Positions 58,662 through 64,000 of a stretch of DNA of 64,000 nt are shown one piece after another. The notes beneath the pieces were generated by a model. That model was not told the DNA's origin. It searched no databases and saw only the letters and a list, made by a program, of their open reading frames with translations. Source of the DNA: Candidatus Bruticola sp. (GTDB taxonomy: Bacteria > Vulcanimicrobiota > Xenobia > Xenobiales > Xenobiaceae). Position 1 is the stretch's first letter; each line of letters begins with the position of its first letter. A program made the translations under genes and the position numbers. The DNA lies in assembly GCA_051874735.1 (NCBI GenBank), contig JBJEGD010000026.1, forward strand, positions 96,001-160,000. The letters are read 5' to 3'.

Positions 58662-58697
58662 ATAAACGGCTAGCTCGGCGGGCTAGCCGTTTATTTT
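58662..58697. terminator. bidirectional intrinsic terminator
   Basis: ataaacggctagc/gctagccgtttat stem. Confidence 0.85.
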
Positions 58698-58762
58698 GAT
58701 TTTAGGTAGAGCTGACCATCAGCAGAAAGAAGATCGAGCACCGTTGAGAGGCGACTTAAGAT

Positions 58763-60226
58763 TCATTTTGGCGAAGACGTCGCTCCGACTTTAAACTGAT
58801 ACAAACGATTGTTAAGTTCAAAACTTTTACTTTTAGGATTGTAGCTTTCGCGTCCGATTTCTCCCAAATTCGGAGCGTAGTAGGCTCTATAGGAACCGTC
58901 CGTCAGTTTACCCTTTTCTCTGCCGAAATAAGTTACGCGCAAGCAGTCGCTGTAAGAACCCGCTGCTGTGTTTACATCGTAAAGATCAGAATCTACTTGA
59001 TACCACCGGTTTTCAAACATATATGGAGTATCCAAAGAGGAGAGAGGAGGAATTTGTACTGTCAAGTTGATGCCTTCTTGACCTTTATACAAGCGCATGT
59101 AGGCCTGACTTTCAGCATCAATAAAATCTATGCCCTGCATTCCTTCTTTGTCGGGAGTAATGAGACGCTCAGGATCGTTGGGATCGGCCGCTGCATCATG
59201 ACGTTTCCAATTGCACTTTACATGGGCGAAGGGGATGATATGCTCGTAGTTATAGAAAATAAAGCATTGAGATATATTCTCTTTTTTTAAGTTTTCAGGA
59301 ACTGCAGTCGTGAAAGTTTTTGAGGCGATATTGGGAGCTGCTAAGTATAAACCTATGTCAGGCTTAGGCGGAGTTTTGTCTAAAGAAGGACGATTAGTTT
59401 TTTCGTAAGCAGCTAATACGGTACGCGGATAAAAATCTTTAGTTTGAGGATTATAAGTAAAGGATAAGACTTCGCCGAGCTTAGGAGCGTAAAAAATTAT
59501 GCTAGACCCTTGGTCAAGTTTCTTGTTGGGGCCGTAAACGCAAACCATTTGACAATTTTGGAAAATACCTGCTGGAGTTGAAACTGTGTAAAGATTGTCA
59601 GCAGTGCGATAGAAAATATTGTTGTATTGAAAGAAACGGCCGACCTGGTTAGAGGGAGGAACTTCGCAACAAATTATATTCTCTCCATCAATAAATAGAT
59701 CCTGAGTGGTGGTACACTGATGTGCTTGATCAAATTTGGTAATGCCACGTCCTGTCGCTACCGGCACTTCGTAAGGATAGATGATCTGGCCGCTTTGAGA
59801 GTTGCGCATAAACTCATAGTGGCGAAAATTGCGTATATTTTGCTTACTTTCATCCTGTCTGTTTGTATAAATGTAGCGTCGAAAAGATAAAACGGTACTT
59901 TTAGGGTCGAAATTGCTCTGATTAGGAAAAAGGAAAGTTTTTTGAATTATATCTTCACTTTCCATATAGGCGGAAGTGCTGCAAATAGAAGCTGGTGAGT
60001 CTTTTTGCTCTTGAAAGATGGGGCTGCTCTCAGTTAATTGAGATAAATTGTTTGAACTGTCAGTTAGAGGAATTTTTTCCGTATTAGAGGATGTCGGGGG
60101 AACAATCTGAGGGGGAGATGATAAGGCTTGAGCCGGTTGGGAGATGGCCCAACCTGTGCCCATGAGCGAAGTTAGTAAAAATACTGTCGCCTTTAATGTT
60201 TTATTGCATTTAAAATGACAATTCAT
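58763..60226 (-). CDS. exported protein with two related beta-rich domains
   Basis: Signal peptide; duplicated motif V.T.AG.(F/Y)..C..V and YAP.LGE. Confidence 0.75.
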   Translation of the reverse strand: MNCHFKCNKTLKATVFLLTSLMGTGWAISQPAQALSSPPQIVPPTSSNTEKIPLTDSSNNLSQLTESSPIFQEQKDSPASICSTSAYMESEDIIQKTFLFPNQSNFDPKSTVLSFRRYIYTNRQDESKQNIRNFRHYEFMRNSQSGQIIYPYEVPVATGRGITKFDQAHQCTTTQDLFIDGENIICCEVPPSNQVGRFFQYNNIFYRTADNLYTVSTPAGIFQNCQMVCVYGPNKKLDQGSSIIFYAPKLGEVLSFTYNPQTKDFYPRTVLAAYEKTNRPSLDKTPPKPDIGLYLAAPNIASKTFTTAVPENLKKENISQCFIFYNYEHIIPFAHVKCNWKRHDAAADPNDPERLITPDKEGMQGIDFIDAESQAYMRLYKGQEGINLTVQIPPLSSLDTPYMFENRWYQVDSDLYDVNTAAGSYSDCLRVTYFGREKGKLTDGSYRAYYAPNLGEIGRESYNPKSKSFELNNRLYQFKVGATSSPK

Positions 60227-60528
60227 GACTATTTTTTCCTAATTGTTTATTTTAAGCTAAAGTATTTTAGTCGTTAAAGAAAAAAATCCGCCCTTAGTTC
60301 TTTCAGCTCACACTCTTACTTATTGTAGAGAAAAACAGTCCGCTAACTTAATTTTGTCTATATAAAGGAAACTGCTGCATAAAACGTGAACGACATAAAG
60401 GTTTGGGACTGCGGTCAGCTTTTGTTCCGAAGGGGTTCTGTTGCCTGCTCTATCGGGGCTGTTCGTGCTGATTATTTAGTAGCGGTTCTCAATGTTTTTC
60501 CGTTTTCGAAAGGAGCCTTCATTACGCA

Positions 60529-63500
60529 ATGGGTAATGTGAATGTCGCAAAAGCGATTATGGACGCCAATGAAGCTACTGCCGATGTCGCTTTTAGAGTA
60601 AGTGAAGTTTGCGCAATTTATCCTATTACTCCCTCTTCTCCTATGGGCGAATTCGCCGATCAGTGGAGCGCTGAGGGACGTAAAAATTTATGGGGAGCTG
60701 TTCCTCATATCCAGGAAATGGAATCCGAGGGCGGTGCTGCTGGTGCTGTTCACGGTGCCTTGCAGAGCGGTGCTCTTACCACCACCTTCACAGCTAGTCA
60801 AGGCTTGCTGCTTATGATCCCCAACATGTACAAGATCGCCGGCGAGCTTACCAGCACTGTTTTCCACATCGCTGCTCGTTCTTTGGCCGCTCAGGGCTTG
60901 TCCATTTTCGGTGATCACGCCGACGTCATGGCTTGCCGAGCCACCGGCTTTGCGATGCTCTTCTCCAACTCGGTTCAAGAAGCCACCGATATGGCTGCGA
61001 TCGCTCATGCCGCTACTTTAGAGAGCCGCGTGCCTTTCATTCACGCTTTCGACGGTTTCCGTACCTCTCATGAAGTAAATACTATTGAGCGCATTTCCGA
61101 TGATGTGCTTCGTGAGCTCATTTCCGATTCTATGATTCATGCTCACCGCGCTCGCGCTCTCAACCCCAACAAACCTTTCATTCGCGGTACTGCTCAGAAT
61201 GCAGATATCTATTTCCAGGGTCGCGAAGCTGCTAACCCTTATTATCTCAAGACTCCCGGTATTGTCGCCAATTTAATGAAGCGTTTCGGTGAACTGACTG
61301 GCCGTCATTACAATCTTTTCGAGTACCATGGCCATCCTGAAGCTGAAGAAGTGGTCGTACTGATGGGATCCGGCGTTTCCGTCGTCCGTGGTACTTTGGA
61401 TAAATTGTTAGCTGAAGGTAAGAAAGTTGGTGTCGTTACAGCCCGCTTGTATCGTCCCTTCGATTCTAAATCCTTTATTGACGCTATTCCCGCTACGGTT
61501 AAAACTATAGGCGTTCTCGACCGCACCAAAGAGCCCGGCAGCGCTGGCGAGCCTCTTTATCAAGATGTGGTTACCGCTGTTATGGAAAACATGGAAGGCG
61601 GAAAGGGTAAATTCGCCGTTCTGCCTCGTGTAGTTGGCGGACGTTACGGTCTCTCTTCCAAAGATTTTACACCGGCTATGGTTTGCGGCGTTTACAATGA
61701 ATTAGCTAAAGATGAGCCTAAACGCAGCTTCACCGTCGGTATTCACGATGACGTAACTAACTTAAGCATAGACTACGATGCCAGCTGGATCAGCGAACCT
61801 GAGAGCACAGTTAGAGCTATGTTCTACGGATTAGGTTCCGACGGTACTGTAGGTGCCAATAAGAACTCCATTAAAATTATCGGCCATGATACTGACAACT
61901 ACGCTCAGGGATATTTTGTCTACGACTCCAAAAAATCTGGTGGCCTGACCGTTTCTCACTTACGCTTTGGTCCTAAGCCCATCGATGCTCCTTTCCTTAT
62001 TCAGAGTGCCAACTTCATTGGCGTCCACCTCTTCGAGTTCTTAGAGAGTTACGACGTATTGAAGCAAGCTGAAGAGGGCGGCGTATTCCTGCTCAATAGT
62101 CCTTTCTCCAAAGACGAAGTTTGGGAACAGCTTCCTGCTGAAGTTCAAGAAATTATTCTGGCTAAGCACCTTCGCTTCTATGTAATCGACGCTTTGAGCG
62201 TGGCTCAGAAAGCCGGTATGGGCAACCGTATCAATACCGTTATGCAGACCGCTTTCTTCGCTATAAGTGGTGTATTGCCCCGTGAAGAGGCCATCGAGCA
62301 CATTAAAGCCAGCATCAAGAAGGCCTACAGCAAGAAGGGTCAGGAAGTTGTAGCTAAGAACTGGTCTGCCGTAGACAACAGTTTAGCTGCTCTGCATCAG
62401 GTTGATATTGAAGGACGTCAGGTTAATGGCCACCATCGTAAGCCTTTGGTAGCTGATGAAGCTCCTGAATTCGTCAAGAAAGTTACTGCTGTGATGATGG
62501 CACAGCGTGGTGATGATCTTCCTGTCAGTGCGATTCCTGATGACGGTACTTGGCCTAGTGGCACCACTCGTTGGGAAAAGCGCAATATCGCTTCTGCCGT
62601 TCCCAGTTGGGATCCGGACAAGTGTATTCAGTGCGGTAAGTGCGTTATGGTATGTCCTCACGGCGTCATTCGCTCCCGCATCCTTAGCAACGAAGATGCT
62701 GCTAAAGCTCCCGAGGGCTTCAAGCTCGCTCCTGCCAAGGGCTTCGTAGGCTACAATAAAGATAATTACAAGTTCACCATGCAGATTTCCGTTGAGGACT
62801 GCACTGGTTGCACTCTCTGCGTAGGCGTTTGCCCTGCCAAAGAAAAAGCCCTCACTATAGTCCCTCAGCGTCCTCTGCGCGAAGAAGGCCGTAAAAATTG
62901 GAAGTTCTTCCTCGATCTGCCCGATTTAGGCGGCGACTTAAAGCGCAATATGGTCAAAAATGTACAGCTGCTTCCTCCTATGTTCGAGTTCTCCGGCGCC
63001 TGCGCTGGTTGCGGTGAGACTCCCTATGTGAAGATGGTCAGTCAGCTCTTCGGCGATAGAGCTATGATCGCCAACGCTACTGGATGCTCTTCCATCTACG
63101 GTGGCAACCTGCCCACTACTCCTTGGTGCACCAACAAAGATGGTCGCGGTCCCGCTTGGTCCAACTCCCTCTTCGAAGACAACGCTGAGTTCGGCTTAGG
63201 TATGCGCATCGCCGTCGATCAGAAAGCTGAGTATGCTCGTCAGCTCCTCACTGCTGCTAAAGATAAACTCGAGCCCGAAGTTTATGAAGGTTTGATGGCT
63301 GTTGAGCCCGCTACTCCTGAGAACATCGCCAAGAAGCGTGCTCTGCTCGATAAGTTAGCTGAAAAGGTCAAAGGTTGCGACTGCGCCTGCGCCAGAGAGC
63401 TTGAGTCTGTTATGGATGCTCTCATTCCTCGTTCCGTTTGGATTATCGGTGGTGACGGCTGGGCTTATGACATCGGTTACGGTGGGTTAGATCACGTATT

Positions 63501-64000
63501 AGCTCAGGGCAAAAACGTGAACGTTTTGGTTCTCGATACTGAGGTATACTCTAATACAGGTGGACAGGCTTCTAAGGCTACTCCTTTGGGTGCTGTAGCT
63601 CGTTTTGCTGCCGCTGGTAAGACTCTGCCTAAGAAAGATCTGGGTATGATTGCCATGTCTTATGGTAACATTTATGTAGCTCAGATTTCCGTAGGCGCTA
63701 ACGATGCCCAAGCTCTGAAGGCTATTGAAGAAGCTGAGTCTTATGATGGGCCTTCCTTAATTATTGCTTACGCACACTGTATTAACCACGGTATCAATAT
63801 GGCTGATGGTTTGAAACATCAGAAGAATGCTGTAGAGTGTGGTCAGTGGCCTCTCTATCGTTTTGATCCGCGTTTGAAAGCTCAGGGCAAGCCTTGTCTG
63901 CAAGTTGACTACAAAGGGCCGAAGACTCCGGTAGCCGACTACCTGGCTAGTGAGAACCGCTTCCGTCAGCTCCAGAAGCTCAATCCTGAAGCTGCGGCTA
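60529..64000 (+). CDS. nifJ: pyruvate:ferredoxin (flavodoxin) oxidoreductase, truncated by the window end
   Basis: Not in the ORF track. ATG 60529 after AAGGAG; translates to DANEA, IYPITPSSPM, TTFTASQGLLLM, GLGSDGTVGANK, CIQCGKC, FSGACAGCGE, GGDGWAYDIG. Confidence 0.96.
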   Translation, partial: MGNVNVAKAIMDANEATADVAFRVSEVCAIYPITPSSPMGEFADQWSAEGRKNLWGAVPHIQEMESEGGAAGAVHGALQSGALTTTFTASQGLLLMIPNMYKIAGELTSTVFHIAARSLAAQGLSIFGDHADVMACRATGFAMLFSNSVQEATDMAAIAHAATLESRVPFIHAFDGFRTSHEVNTIERISDDVLRELISDSMIHAHRARALNPNKPFIRGTAQNADIYFQGREAANPYYLKTPGIVANLMKRFGELTGRHYNLFEYHGHPEAEEVVVLMGSGVSVVRGTLDKLLAEGKKVGVVTARLYRPFDSKSFIDAIPATVKTIGVLDRTKEPGSAGEPLYQDVVTAVMENMEGGKGKFAVLPRVVGGRYGLSSKDFTPAMVCGVYNELAKDEPKRSFTVGIHDDVTNLSIDYDASWISEPESTVRAMFYGLGSDGTVGANKNSIKIIGHDTDNYAQGYFVYDSKKSGGLTVSHLRFGPKPIDAPFLIQSANFIGVHLFEFLESYDVLKQAEEGGVFLLNSPFSKDEVWEQLPAEVQEIILAKHLRFYVIDALSVAQKAGMGNRINTVMQTAFFAISGVLPREEAIEHIKASIKKAYSKKGQEVVAKNWSAVDNSLAALHQVDIEGRQVNGHHRKPLVADEAPEFVKKVTAVMMAQRGDDLPVSAIPDDGTWPSGTTRWEKRNIASAVPSWDPDKCIQCGKCVMVCPHGVIRSRILSNEDAAKAPEGFKLAPAKGFVGYNKDNYKFTMQISVEDCTGCTLCVGVCPAKEKALTIVPQRPLREEGRKNWKFFLDLPDLGGDLKRNMVKNVQLLPPMFEFSGACAGCGETPYVKMVSQLFGDRAMIANATGCSSIYGGNLPTTPWCTNKDGRGPAWSNSLFEDNAEFGLGMRIAVDQKAEYARQLLTAAKDKLEPEVYEGLMAVEPATPENIAKKRALLDKLAEKVKGCDCACARELESVMDALIPRSVWIIGGDGWAYDIGYGGLDHVLAQGKNVNVLVLDTEVYSNTGGQASKATPLGAVARFAAAGKTLPKKDLGMIAMSYGNIYVAQISVGANDAQALKAIEEAESYDGPSLIIAYAHCINHGINMADGLKHQKNAVECGQWPLYRFDPRLKAQGKPCLQVDYKGPKTPVADYLASENRFRQLQKLNPEAAA

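Noticed and set aside
60602-63711. Short ORFs listed in the track across the last 3.4 kb
   Set aside because: All overlap the long PFOR reading frame starting at 60529, which the track omitted because it has no stop codon in the window.

Overview
A gene-dense, AT-leaning chromosomal segment with no rRNA, tRNA, CRISPR array or mobile element that I can see. Gene content suggests an anaerobic diderm of the Terrabacteria: a Firmicutes-type yaaO-tmk-holB block plus ricT, a ycf45-like ATPase, PFOR, and a large outer-membrane cluster. An Eremiobacterota/WPS-2-like origin is only my guess. The centre (20.3-50.8 kb) is an OM/LPS supercluster: PQQ beta-propeller, bamA, four Skp/OmpH-like genes, lpxD, lpxC, fabZ, a GnnA-like oxidoreductase, lpxA, a two-domain lpxB fusion, an LmtA-like methyltransferase, a convergent operon (second lpxD, metallophosphoesterase, third LpxB-like enzyme), then lptC-lptB-lptF/G-DUF3084-ruvX. 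Four observations stand out. (1) Three tandem, separately transcribed 90-aa genes (18.7-20.1 kb) have a nearly invariant helical C-terminus, a variable amphipathic N-terminus and a shared promoter motif; they are candidate subunits of an uncharacterised filament or secretion structure. (2) Two LpxD paralogs have reciprocally lost functional motifs, suggesting a heteromeric enzyme. (3) A stand-alone UshA-type phosphoesterase with an LpxH-like GNR motif may fill the missing LpxH/LpxI step. (4) The long leader of a nuclease gene contains crossing stems. The ORF track misses the PFOR gene at 60529, which runs off the window end. All family calls come from motif recognition by eye; no database searches were run.
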